From the IMG/VR virus record IMGVR_UViG_3300021431_000099, positions 1 through 64,000 of that record: 64,000 nt of DNA; one strand, given 5' to 3'. The notes below the pieces were generated by a model, which was given only the letters and a program-made list of their open reading frames with translations, was not told where the DNA came from and did no database searches. Of this stretch, positions 56,105 through 64,000 are shown piece by piece. This DNA is from a virus. Its lineage: Duplodnaviria; Heunggongvirae; Uroviricota; Caudoviricetes. A program made the translations under genes and the position numbers. How positions within the stretch are numbered: the stretch's first letter is position 1; every line of letters begins with the position of its first letter.

Positions 56105-56364
56105 TTACTTACTTCATCATAATAAAAATCATAATAAAGTAAATTATATTTAAACATAAAATCTGCTGCTTGATAACAGAGATTATGTTTAATTGCTTCT
56201 AGTGTGTCTGAATCTGGTTTTCCATGTTGTGCTTCAATAGCAAACCGTGCTTGAATAACAGAAATAGGTTTTTCTGTGCGGCAAAATTCAATTCTCTTTT
56301 GTTCTATAAGTTCATCTTGCGTGTAGCCGCCAAGCCACTTGATAATCTTATTCTTGATATTCAT
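56062..56364 (-). CDS. hypothetical protein (100 aa)
   Basis: ORF. Confidence 0.45.
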   Translation of the reverse strand: MNIKNKIIKWLGGYTQDELIEQKRIEFCRTEKPISVIQARFAIEAQHGKPDSDTLEAIKHNLCYQAADFMFKYNLLYYDFYYDEVSNCYIMRAKAYVREP

Positions 56365-56644
56365 AGTTTACTCCATAGATTGCGATAGTAGGTTTTCCAT
56401 TTACAATGATATAGTAAGGAGATAAGCCTGAATGATGATTATTACCAATATTTAAATAAACAATTTTTGTGTTTTTATCATACATAAGATAAATATCGCC
56501 TTGAAGCCCTGTATCTTCACGTATTACTACAAATTTACCATAAAGGTCTGTTTTGCTACCATCGGTATAGGTTTTGTGAGAACAGCCACATAGTAATATT
56601 CCTATAATAATAACTAAAATTAAAATTGAAATCACTTTTTTCAT
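56348..56644 (-). CDS. putative lipoprotein (98 aa)
   Basis: Signal peptide and lipobox: MKKVISILILVIIIGILLCGCS. Confidence 0.55.
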   Translation of the reverse strand: MKKVISILILVIIIGILLCGCSHKTYTDGSKTDLYGKFVVIREDTGLQGDIYLMYDKNTKIVYLNIGNNHHSGLSPYYIIVNGKPTIAIYGVNYEYQE

Positions 56645-56737
56645 AATATGCCCTTTAAAAATGTTTAGCTAACCATTTACCAAATAAAATACCAAGCGGG
56701 ATACCAATTATGTATCCAATTAACCATAATATTAATT

Positions 56738-56926
56738 TTACCATAGCAAATACTCCAGATAGTCAGGCTCCAAGCCTAAATACAAAGCAACAATATCTTC
56801 ACATTCTTGATAACTTCCGCGAGCGGCCGCACCCCAGAGTTCTTCTCTACATTCTTCTATGAGGTTTTCTGCTTCAAGTTGCGAGATGCCGTCTCGCTGC
56901 ATAAGGATTTTTACAATTTCATTCAT
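56738..56926 (-). CDS. hypothetical protein (about 62 aa)
   Basis: Start is MNEIVKIL, after GAGAGGG. Confidence 0.45.
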   Translation of the reverse strand: MNEIVKILMQRDGISQLEAENLIEECREELWGAAARGSYQECEDIVALYLGLEPDYLEYLLW

Positions 56927-57410
56927 GGCAAACCCTCTCAATTGTCTTATTTTGTGCGAATAAAGTACCTGCACTCATTACAATCGCATCAGTAATAAAA
57001 GCAATAGCATTCTTTGGAATCTTTACAGCATAAGGGATACCATATAATTTACATTCTATTACAGTTTTAATTCCTAGAATACCAATCGCTACCGCAATAA
57101 TAGTAATAATAATGTTACTAATAGTAGCATTATGTTTATACAGGCGGCCGCAGATTAAACCAATAACTAAATTACCAAGAAACCATCCTGGCGGGAACCA
57201 ACCGGTCGTAATTAGGGAAATTAAAACACATCCAACTCCACCGACAATCATTCCGGAAATTGCGCCGAAATGATAACAGTAAAGTGCAAAAGCAACATAA
57301 CCCAAATCAAGACTGATATGCGCGATAAGTGGAATCTTCATACTCATACTTAACACAACATACAATGCAATTCCAATGGCAGTAAAAGTAATTTTCTTTG
57401 TATTAGTCAT
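56919..57410 (-). CDS. polytopic membrane protein resembling an ECF-transporter S (substrate-capture) component or QueT-like transporter
   Basis: 163 aa with about 5 TM helices: ITFTAIGIALYVVLS ... ISLDLGYVAFALYCYHFG ... GMIVGGVGCVLISL ... IIITIIAVAIGILGI. Confidence 0.5.
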   Translation of the reverse strand: MTNTKKITFTAIGIALYVVLSMSMKIPLIAHISLDLGYVAFALYCYHFGAISGMIVGGVGCVLISLITTGWFPPGWFLGNLVIGLICGRLYKHNATISNIIITIIAVAIGILGIKTVIECKLYGIPYAVKIPKNAIAFITDAIVMSAGTLFAQNKTIERVCHE

Positions 57411-57670
57411 TATACTTTCTCCTTTTCATTGTTATGTTCCCACATTCTTAGGCCGCATCGTGGACAGAAGTCATAATGAATACTAATATACTTATCCACA
57501 ACGCAATTACAATTACTACAAACCGCCATATTATTCATAACCTGCCACTCTGCTTCTCCACCGGTTGAATTATATGCGCGGCGGAAACCAGCATAATATG
57601 CTTGCCGCACAGTGGTATTGTCAGGTTCACAAACATCTTTTTTAAAATATTTTTCACATGCTCTATTCAT
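57410..57670 (-). CDS. zinc-ribbon protein (86 aa)
   Basis: CSNCNC ... CPRCG. Confidence 0.5.
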   Translation of the reverse strand: MNRACEKYFKKDVCEPDNTTVRQAYYAGFRRAYNSTGGEAEWQVMNNMAVCSNCNCVVDKYISIHYDFCPRCGLRMWEHNNEKEKV

Positions 57671-57795
57671 CTTTACACGCCTTTATTAAATACCTTTCTA
57701 ATGCTTTAAAATCTATTTCTTTTTCTACTAATTCGCAATCAAGTCCTATCCAATGAGGACAACTAGTTTCTGGGGCGGAGCACCAAGAACAATAA

Positions 57796-58029
57796 TCATT
57801 CATGAAATCCTCCAATAGGCGGGAGGTCATCGCTACCATCTAGCCAATGGTAAAATTTAAGTTGTTTTTCTTTTGATTCTAATTCATTTATTTTATGTTC
57901 AAGTTCTTCAAGTTTCGCGCGATTATAGCCCATAACATAGAAATCATATGGTGCTCTATTTTTGTCCATTTCACCACAATCTTTTTTAAAATATTCTTTT
58001 AATTTATCCATTTCAAAAGCGTTCTCCAC
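57796..58029 (-). CDS. hypothetical protein (77 aa)
   Basis: ORF. Confidence 0.45.
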   Translation of the reverse strand: MENAFEMDKLKEYFKKDCGEMDKNRAPYDFYVMGYNRAKLEELEHKINELESKEKQLKFYHWLDGSDDLPPIGGFHE

Positions 58030-58369
58030 CGTTTTCCATTTTAGTACTGCAAGAAGGACAAGTATATGGAAGTCTCATTCCCCTAGGAGTATGAATATAA
58101 TTTTTACAATGTGAACATTCAAATACAGGGGTATCTTCTGTTGTAACGCCGCGTCTAATCCAATAATTCATATCTCTATCATATGTAACTTTAAAATTTT
58201 TAATTGGACGTCCATCATCTTCTTTTGCAAAATGTGCAATACCGCCGCAATCTTGACAAAAATAATTAATATAATTAAGACCCGAGCCTGCCGCAATAAC
58301 GCCTTGCTGGCGCATATGTCCATTACACCAAAAACATTTAATATCAGAAGGAATATAGTTATTTTTCAT
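58013..58369 (-). CDS. zinc-ribbon protein (118 aa)
   Basis: CFWCNG ... CQDCGG ... CSHCKN ... CPSC. Confidence 0.5.
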   Translation of the reverse strand: MKNNYIPSDIKCFWCNGHMRQQGVIAAGSGLNYINYFCQDCGGIAHFAKEDDGRPIKNFKVTYDRDMNYWIRRGVTTEDTPVFECSHCKNYIHTPRGMRLPYTCPSCSTKMENGGERF

Positions 58370-58666
58370 TTAATTCTCCATTTTTGCGCCACAGTTTGGG
58401 CAATAATTTCTGTCTGTTCCTGCATTAACCCAGTGAAAGCATTCACTACATTGATATCTTCTATTTCCGACGAAATTAAAGTCAATCCATAGTCCATGCA
58501 CCACCGGCGCGACATCTACGGCGGGGATAGATTCAATAACTTTGATTACGCTTTCAGGGCTTACGTCGCCATAATATCGGTCAACACGTTCATCATCAAA
58601 TGCTGCAATCGCCGCCGCCCTTGAAATTAAATCATCTTTTGCTCTATTCATCTTCCTGTGCTCCAA
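58370..58666 (-). CDS. zinc-ribbon protein (98 aa)
   Basis: CSEC ... CPNCG. Confidence 0.5.
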   Translation of the reverse strand: MEHRKMNRAKDDLISRAAAIAAFDDERVDRYYGDVSPESVIKVIESIPAVDVAPVVHGLWIDFNFVGNRRYQCSECFHWVNAGTDRNYCPNCGAKMEN

Positions 58667-59786
58667 TCTTGGTCATTTCCATTTCTGCCATAATGTAAGA
58701 GGCCAGAGTGCGCGTACGCATATTCATCAGATAGTCGCTGCCATCTTTTACCTTTTCATCCAGTCGCGCATACAGATAAGAACGCACGATAGGCATGTAA
58801 GTGTTAGCATACATAGCAAAATCACGACGTTCTCCCATTGCTCCAACAACACTATTAACTACCTTAAAGGCAGTATCACACACTTCAATGTAATGGCGAA
58901 CGCGCTGAATCACATCATTAGTGAAGTCCTTAAACTCAGGATAGTAAGCAACAAAATCATCAAGAGTTCCCTGCTGATACATTTCTACTACGCGCAGAAC
59001 AGTCAGCGGGCCATTACCACGCATCTTATGAAGGGCAAGATATTCGTCGCCCTTGATCTTAATGCGGTGGAACTCCGCGTCGCACACAACGTAACCCTCT
59101 TCATCATCACCCATTTCGTGAGCGGCCGCAACACACTCGGAAAGAGAATGATGGGGGTATACTTCGGGGTAGAGTAGGCCATCAAGTTCTAGACCTTCGC
59201 TGTCTTCAGTATCATCCAAAATGTTGCGTCGGCCAAGATACCAAAGATTGATACCTTCATAGCGTACAACGATACGATTGAAGGGAGAAGTAAGCTCAAA
59301 CATATAGGTGTAGTCACTATCAAGATGCTTGAAGAAATTAGGAATACGATCAATTACCTTCTGAACCAAATCACCATAGGTGGTGTCGCCGCACTCCGCC
59401 TTGAATGCATCAATGGTTCCATTGGTAGAAATTACCCAACCATCATAGTCCCACCAAATCTTGATAAGAGAACCATCTACCTTCTGCTGAACAGACGCAG
59501 TATCCCAATCAATAGCGTGAACCGCAGAATACTGCTCACCATAGTTAAAAAACTTATCAAAAGGATGGCAAACACAAACCCAGTGGCCTTCGTCATTCTG
59601 ACGGAAGATAGAACCACGGGCTTCCTGGACTTCGCGCAAACCCATATCAGACATAATCTGATTATACTTTAACAGAAAATACTGGATACCGTCAATTTCA
59701 TCAGAACGAATATCCAAATAGTAAGGTTCAGCCGCGAGCAGAGTCTTCCAATCGGGGTGGGTATTCATGAAATTCACCAATTCCAT
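58644..59786 (-). CDS. RNA ligase, T4 Rnl1-like family
   Basis: Ligase motif I QKVDGSL (KxDG lysine), motif IV EEGYVV and motif V RIKIKGDEY. Confidence 0.7.
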   Translation of the reverse strand: MELVNFMNTHPDWKTLLAAEPYYLDIRSDEIDGIQYFLLKYNQIMSDMGLREVQEARGSIFRQNDEGHWVCVCHPFDKFFNYGEQYSAVHAIDWDTASVQQKVDGSLIKIWWDYDGWVISTNGTIDAFKAECGDTTYGDLVQKVIDRIPNFFKHLDSDYTYMFELTSPFNRIVVRYEGINLWYLGRRNILDDTEDSEGLELDGLLYPEVYPHHSLSECVAAAHEMGDDEEGYVVCDAEFHRIKIKGDEYLALHKMRGNGPLTVLRVVEMYQQGTLDDFVAYYPEFKDFTNDVIQRVRHYIEVCDTAFKVVNSVVGAMGERRDFAMYANTYMPIVRSYLYARLDEKVKDGSDYLMNMRTRTLASYIMAEMEMTKIGAQEDE

Positions 59787-59934
59787 TTTTAGGATTCTCC
59801 TTTTTCCTTTCCTTTATATAATTATTATAGCAGAAATCTAATGAAATGTCAACTTTTTCATTGATAGAATTTTTAGCCCAATAGGTATTCCACCACTTCC
59901 AAAACTCATCATCAATAGGATACTCATTTGTCAA
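59728..59934 (-). CDS. hypothetical protein (68 aa)
   Basis: ORF. Confidence 0.4.
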   Translation of the reverse strand: MTNEYPIDDEFWKWWNTYWAKNSINEKVDISLDFCYNNYIKERKKENPKNGIGEFHEYPPRLEDSARG

Positions 59935-60232
59935 GCCAACTCACCTCGTAGTAATTAGGAACTTTACCAGACGCATAAGTTGTTATGGGTATTTCAGTAG
60001 CATAATGAACCTTGAAACCTAATCCTTGTAATGCCTTGATTGTAGTAGGATAGTCTAGGGTTAGATTCAAGGAGTAGTGACCTTGCTGTGCGGCCGCAAT
60101 AATTTTATCTTTGGTATTATGAAATTCCTCATTTTCAAGCGAATGTTGAGCATTGTAAGTAAGTTCGCGCATACCTTCCGCAGAAAATTTAATTACGCCC
60201 TTCTCCATTTTACTATTCTTCCTCCACAGCAC
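59924..60232 (-). CDS. hypothetical protein (102 aa)
   Basis: ORF. Confidence 0.5.
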   Translation of the reverse strand: MLWRKNSKMEKGVIKFSAEGMRELTYNAQHSLENEEFHNTKDKIIAAAQQGHYSLNLTLDYPTTIKALQGLGFKVHYATEIPITTYASGKVPNYYEVSWLDK

Positions 60233-60474
60233 GATTCAATTTCAAATCCTAAATCTTGTTCTAACCATTCAATCGTATCTGCTGAAACGTTATCAATAAA
60301 AGTTTGAAACTTTCCTTGGTTCGCGGCCTCACGTATTCGCCGCATAACAATAGGACGTTCCATTGAAGCTATTGCTTCCGATGCAATTTCATTAGCTTCT
60401 GCCGCGCAAATTTCATCTTCGTTTATAGTAGTGCCAAATTCTTGTAGCACATTAGTTAATTCCGCGCTTGTCAT
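60193..60474 (-). CDS. hypothetical protein (93 aa)
   Basis: ORF. Confidence 0.5.
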   Translation of the reverse strand: MTSAELTNVLQEFGTTINEDEICAAEANEIASEAIASMERPIVMRRIREAANQGKFQTFIDNVSADTIEWLEQDLGFEIESCCGGRIVKWRRA

Positions 60475-60496
60475 AGACTACCTCCTTTTTTCTTAT

Positions 60497-60855
60497 TATA
60501 ACATGAAATTTCGGGAAAGTCAAACATCCAACTCATTTTCAAACTACTATTTCCAAATGAAAATGAAATTTCGTGGATTCCAACTTTTTCGCGCAGCGAA
60601 AAAGTTGGAACCGCGAGCCGGAGCGCTTTGCGCGACGGCCAAGTAATGGGAAACTTCAAATTGAAATTGCGGCGGGTAGGTTTAGGGGAGTTTGAAAATG
60701 AAATTCTAGGGGTATAATTTCAGGACAAGTGAAAATGAAATTCCAAAATGAAATTATGGGAGAAAATGAAATTGAAATTCCAGCCGCATGTTTTAGGGAA
60801 AATGAAAATGAAATTCCAGTTCTAAAAATGAAATTGAAATGAAAATGAAATTGCA
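60497..60855. repeat. array of more than 12 degenerate direct repeats (A)AATGAAATT(C/G), with an embedded 13-bp inverted repeat: candidate replication origin (iterons) or clustered operator sites
   Basis: ATGAAATT at 60503, 60563, 60698, 60735, 60748, 60766, 60808, 60828, 60845 and more. Palindrome ccaactttttcgcg-cagcgaaaaagttgg at 60581-60609. No credible ORF. Confidence 0.6.
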
Positions 60856-60856
60856 G

Positions 60857-61087
60857 TTATACATTATCCCATCGTACAATATTTCTACAATCTTCTGTAT
60901 AATTAATTTCAAATCCATACTCAACTAACTTATCCATATATTGCCATTCACGAGGCTCTAATTCATAGAAATCATATCCATTATATGCCGCACATTCAAT
61001 ATGATGTTGAAGTTTTTGCCAAGTAGTAAGCATATCGGTGCGGTATTGTTTAGTGATATGTGCCATTGCATAAGCATTGAAAGACAT
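60857..61087 (-). CDS. hypothetical protein (76 aa)
   Basis: ORF. Confidence 0.5.
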   Translation of the reverse strand: MSFNAYAMAHITKQYRTDMLTTWQKLQHHIECAAYNGYDFYELEPREWQYMDKLVEYGFEINYTEDCRNIVRWDNV

Positions 61088-61280
61088 AATTATTTGCTCC
61101 TTTTTTCTTTTATTATACTATGAATTGCGCGAATTGTCAAGTTTGAATAAAATTATTTATACAAAATATACAAAGCCGCGAACTTGGAATAAAACAAAAG
61201 TAGGTGAGTTTCCAGAATGGTACATCCTAGTAAATAAAAGAAAGGAAAGAAAGTAATCTAATATAATAAGTAAGGAGTAG

Positions 61281-61360
61281 GATGGGGCGAATGGTAGGGC
61301 ACGAAAAATTTGGTAGGGAAAATTTCGGTAGGGTAGTGTAGGTAGGGCAAAAGGTAGGAG
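61281..61360 (+). repeat. five GGTAGGG direct repeats spaced 12-19 bp apart (CCCTACC on the minus strand) in a 520-bp non-coding region
   Basis: GGTAGGG at 61293, 61312, 61327, 61341 and 61353. Nearby palindromes gtcaaatatttgac and tagttgcc...ggcaacta. Confidence 0.5.
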
Positions 61361-61535
61361 TAGAATAGATGGGAGTGCGCCAAATTTCCACTTTTGTCAA
61401 ATATTTGACTTCCAAAATTAAAAATAGTAGTTGCCTTATTTCTAGGCAACTATTTATTTTCCTACAAAATTTTACCCCCACCTATTATATTGAAGGTGGG
61501 GTAATTTTCTGTCAGGATTTAGTAAGATAGGAAAT

Positions 61536-61591
61536 AGAAAAAATTTATTTCCGGGGGTGTCTATATAGACCCCCGGAAACGTTTTTTTTTT
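61536..61591. terminator. strong bidirectional rho-independent terminator
   Basis: Stem ttccgggggt-gtctatataga-acccccggaa with a T10 run on the plus strand and an A-run on the other side. Just 3' of the helicase gene. Confidence 0.6.
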
Positions 61592-61608
61592 ATATTTTAG
61601 CAACATTA

Positions 61609-62859
61609 CTAAATTGTAGACTTTCTTTTTATAATATGTCCATAATAAATTCCAGTCCCTGATTGTTCAATTTCATATCTGTCTTGTATATCTTTCTTCA
61701 ATGAAGTCCATTTCTTGGGATAACCAATTGCTTTGATTAATTCTTCTTTATCTTGTTTATTTAATTTACGGTTTAAATAATCTTCTGGAATAATCCATTC
61801 TTGGTTACTTATTTGTTCTCGTATTTTAGCATATCGTTCTGCGCGTTTATTACTTTCTGCTAACTGACTATTATAATTATATTGTATTTGCCAGTCTCCA
61901 CGTTTGCGCCCAGGAAATTGAATTTGAATGTCTTTGTTTCCACTATGGACAATTACTATTTGAACATTATCATCTACTAGGTTCCAGCCTGTAGCATATG
62001 CTTCTGTTAATATAATATCATCTATATCATCTGGGTAGCTATGGCTTTGTTGTAAGTGACTGACGATTGCTAACTGATTATTTGTCATTGGTTTTAATGA
62101 GTGTTTTGACCATAGACACACAACTTTTCTTCCAGTGTTTTCTTGGATTTCGCGCGCGAATTGCTCTCCTTGTTCAATAGTTGGCACGAAGATAAGGCGC
62201 TTGACTTCTGGATTTGCGCGAAGCAGAACGTGAACATCTGAATATTCGTATTTTTGAAATACTTCATAGGCAAGCAGCTGTTCTTGGACTTGAATTTCAT
62301 TAATGTAGGATTTGAGTCGGGCCCATTTTTCTAGATTGTCTGCGGTGGCTGTTAGTCCAAACCACCAAATACCTTTTAGTTCTGCCCAGTGAAGAAGCGT
62401 ATCTATTGCTATATAGGAAAGTGACTCTTGTGATAGAATTAGACAGATTACTTCGCGTGTGCTTTCTGGATTGCGGCGCCAGATGTTTGCTTCATCTATT
62501 CTTACATATTTGATAAGATTGTGAATTTCGTCGCAGCAAATATAGTCAAACATTTCTGCGGTTAGTTCGCCACGTTTTACCATTGAGCCAAATTTTTGAT
62601 AGTTTAGTATATAGGGCTTATCCAATTTTTCACCCCACATTTGGCATTCTTCAAGCGCTATCTTTTCTTCTTCTCCCATAGTAGTATCAATGAGTATTAA
62701 ACAGCGTTGCGGCTGAATGCCTAGCTGGCCAGGTATTGTATTTATCGCGGCGGTCGTTTTGCCCTGGCCAGTTTGTGCGACAATTAAATTTAATCTGCCT
62801 TTTTGATATTGTTGTCGTTCATTTATTAAAGCATCTGATAAATGCTTACCTTCTTTCAT
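61609..62859 (-). CDS. SF2 (DEAD/DEAH-box-like) helicase
   Basis: Walker A AQTGQGKT and DExH-like CDEIH. Confidence 0.7.
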   Translation of the reverse strand: MKEGKHLSDALINERQQYQKGRLNLIVAQTGQGKTTAAINTIPGQLGIQPQRCLILIDTTMGEEEKIALEECQMWGEKLDKPYILNYQKFGSMVKRGELTAEMFDYICCDEIHNLIKYVRIDEANIWRRNPESTREVICLILSQESLSYIAIDTLLHWAELKGIWWFGLTATADNLEKWARLKSYINEIQVQEQLLAYEVFQKYEYSDVHVLLRANPEVKRLIFVPTIEQGEQFAREIQENTGRKVVCLWSKHSLKPMTNNQLAIVSHLQQSHSYPDDIDDIILTEAYATGWNLVDDNVQIVIVHSGNKDIQIQFPGRKRGDWQIQYNYNSQLAESNKRAERYAKIREQISNQEWIIPEDYLNRKLNKQDKEELIKAIGYPKKWTSLKKDIQDRYEIEQSGTGIYYGHIIKRKSTI

Positions 62860-62979
62860 TTAGCTTTCAGCTCCTTTTGAATTTTCTCAAAAGAAAAGTA
62901 TTTTAATTATTTTTAAATTATTTTAAATTATTTTAATAAATAAAAAAATTTTATTTTAAAATAAAAAATAATTATTTAT

Positions 62980-63008
62980 TTGACAAAATAAATAATTTAT
63001 GTTATACT
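62980..63008 (+). promoter_or_regulatory. near-consensus sigma70 promoter on the plus strand: TTGACA, 17-nt spacer, TATACT
   Basis: ttgaca-aaataaataatttatgt-tatact sits in an AT-rich region with (a)ttatttta(a) repeats. No plus-strand ORF follows. Confidence 0.4.
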
Positions 63009-63036
63009 AGAATGGGATATTTTTTTTAAAAAAATT

Positions 63037-63146
63037 CCAGCTTCTTTGTAAGTTCCAGCTTGCGTTCCTGGCTAGCAAATTTCCAGCTTGCGGGATCAGC
63101 TTTCCAGCTGGCCCGTCTGCTTTATATAATATCCAGCTTCCAGCTT
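63037..63146 (+). repeat. six TCCAGCT(T/G) direct repeats, followed by other short repeat families out to about 63330
   Basis: CCAGCT at 63037, 63055, 63083, 63104, 63133 and 63140. Then gctaccatg x2, ctatgcta x2 and cttaacataa x2. Confidence 0.5.
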
Positions 63147-63537
63147 GCCGCGCACTATAACCCCTCCTTATCCTTTCTAAAATAATTATAACATAATTTT
63201 ATAGTATAGTCAAATAGTAGGACTTTAGGGATTTACTATGCTACCATGTTAAAGTGCTACCATGCTACTATGCTAAAGTGAAATCTTAACCTAAACTTAA
63301 CATAACTGTGCTTGATTCTTAACATAAAGTGTGCTATACTGAAGAGGGGAAGTCCGAAGTCCGATAGCCTAAACTAACTGAAGTTAGTTGTGACTAACTG
63401 TTGCCTCCCCCGATATTATACCATAGTAGTGTTAAGTGGGCATTATCAAAATGTTGACTTTTTGTTAAATTTGCGGGCCGGGTGATTCCTTAACATAGAA
63501 TTTACATTACTACCCGGCCCAAAAATTAACGCGGAAT

Positions 63538-63759
63538 TTACACTCCGCGTTTCAATTCGGCATATCGCCGCATGATTTTGAAGCACTTGATGGTGTGGAT
63601 GATAGGACAAAAGTGGATGTAAAGGAACTGACCGAACGGCATTAGCATAACCTTACCATCGCGGAAAAAGGTCGTAAAGAAAGCCGTGCCCCAGAACCAA
63701 AGCATAAACAGGGATGAGGTGAGCCAAATGGACAGAGCGACTTCAATGATGAACTTCAT
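63538..63759 (-). CDS. small membrane protein (73 aa)
   Basis: Hydrophobic segments IIEVALSIWLTSSLFMLWFWGTAFFTTFF. Confidence 0.45.
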   Translation of the reverse strand: MKFIIEVALSIWLTSSLFMLWFWGTAFFTTFFRDGKVMLMPFGQFLYIHFCPIIHTIKCFKIMRRYAELKRGV

Positions 63760-64000
63760 TTATTGTGTTCCCCTTTCGTTTTTGTATATATATAATACCA
63801 TATTTGACTGTTAAGAAGCAACGGAGTTTGGGTAAAGTTTGTGTAAAGTTGCTGGCCGGCCTATCGTTTAACATAAAAATAAAATGGACTATTCGTCCAT
63901 TTTAACCCACCCTTCATCTTCATCCCAACGAAACCAACCCGTTTCATTATTAAAATCGTCATTGCTAAAACAATAACCAAATTCATACTGCATGAAAGAA

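Noticed and set aside
60497-60855. Possible CRISPR array
   Set aside because: Repeat unit is only about 8-12 nt, degenerate and irregularly spaced, with no 25-40-nt spacers and no cas genes. It fits iterons or operator sites better.
61227-61481. ORFs 61227-61481 and 61258-61449 (Pro/Tyr-rich)
   Set aside because: Their sequence is the translation of the CCCTACC repeat array. No RBS, and they lie in a clearly regulatory region.

Overview
This window looks like a 64-kb stretch of a large, low-GC tailed phage genome, most likely a virulent phage of a Gram-positive (Firmicutes-type) host. The host call rests on strong AGGAGG-type ribosome-binding sites (RBS), peptidoglycan-binding endolysins and sigma70-like promoters. 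Every credible gene is on the minus strand, so transcription runs from high to low coordinates. Gene starts frequently overlap the previous stop as ATGA or TAATG. In transcription order the window holds: (i) a repeat-rich AT-rich intergenic region (62.9-63.5 kb) and an SF2 helicase; (ii) an iteron-like array of more than 12 AAATGAAATT repeats (60.5-60.86 kb); (iii) an early-gene block of small zinc-ribbon proteins plus a tRNA/RNA-repair toolkit (Rnl1-like RNA ligase, P-loop polynucleotide kinase with an HD domain, Thg1-like 3'-5' nucleotidyltransferase, Pol-beta-type nucleotidyltransferase, dCMP deaminase); (iv) a giant 2476-aa structural protein with LamG, CotH-kinase-like and LRR regions; (v) a translationally coupled TARG1/DarG-like macro domain protein and PRPP-synthetase-like kinase; (vi) a ~23-kb tail-fibre and adhesin module, rich in paralogues, that also encodes a GT2 glycosyltransferase, a BspA-type LRR protein, an NlpC/P60 peptidase, three tandem tail-collar paralogues, several CBM5/12-like proteins and two endolysins; (vii) a third endolysin and an array of about 15-17 tRNAs (1.1-5.1 kb) with a free-standing HNH endonuclease and several aberrant tRNA-like members; (viii) an SPFH/band-7 membrane protein. 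No CRISPR array, integrase, reverse transcriptase or rRNA was seen. The most interesting candidates are the macro+Prs-like pair (a possible anti-ADP-ribosylation / NAD-depletion counter-defence module), the combined tRNA array and tRNA-repair enzyme set (including an unusual phage Thg1-like enzyme), and the repeat or iteron regions. Everything was folded and aligned by eye, so tRNA identities and boundaries should be confirmed with tRNAscan-SE/ARAGORN, and domain calls with HMM searches.
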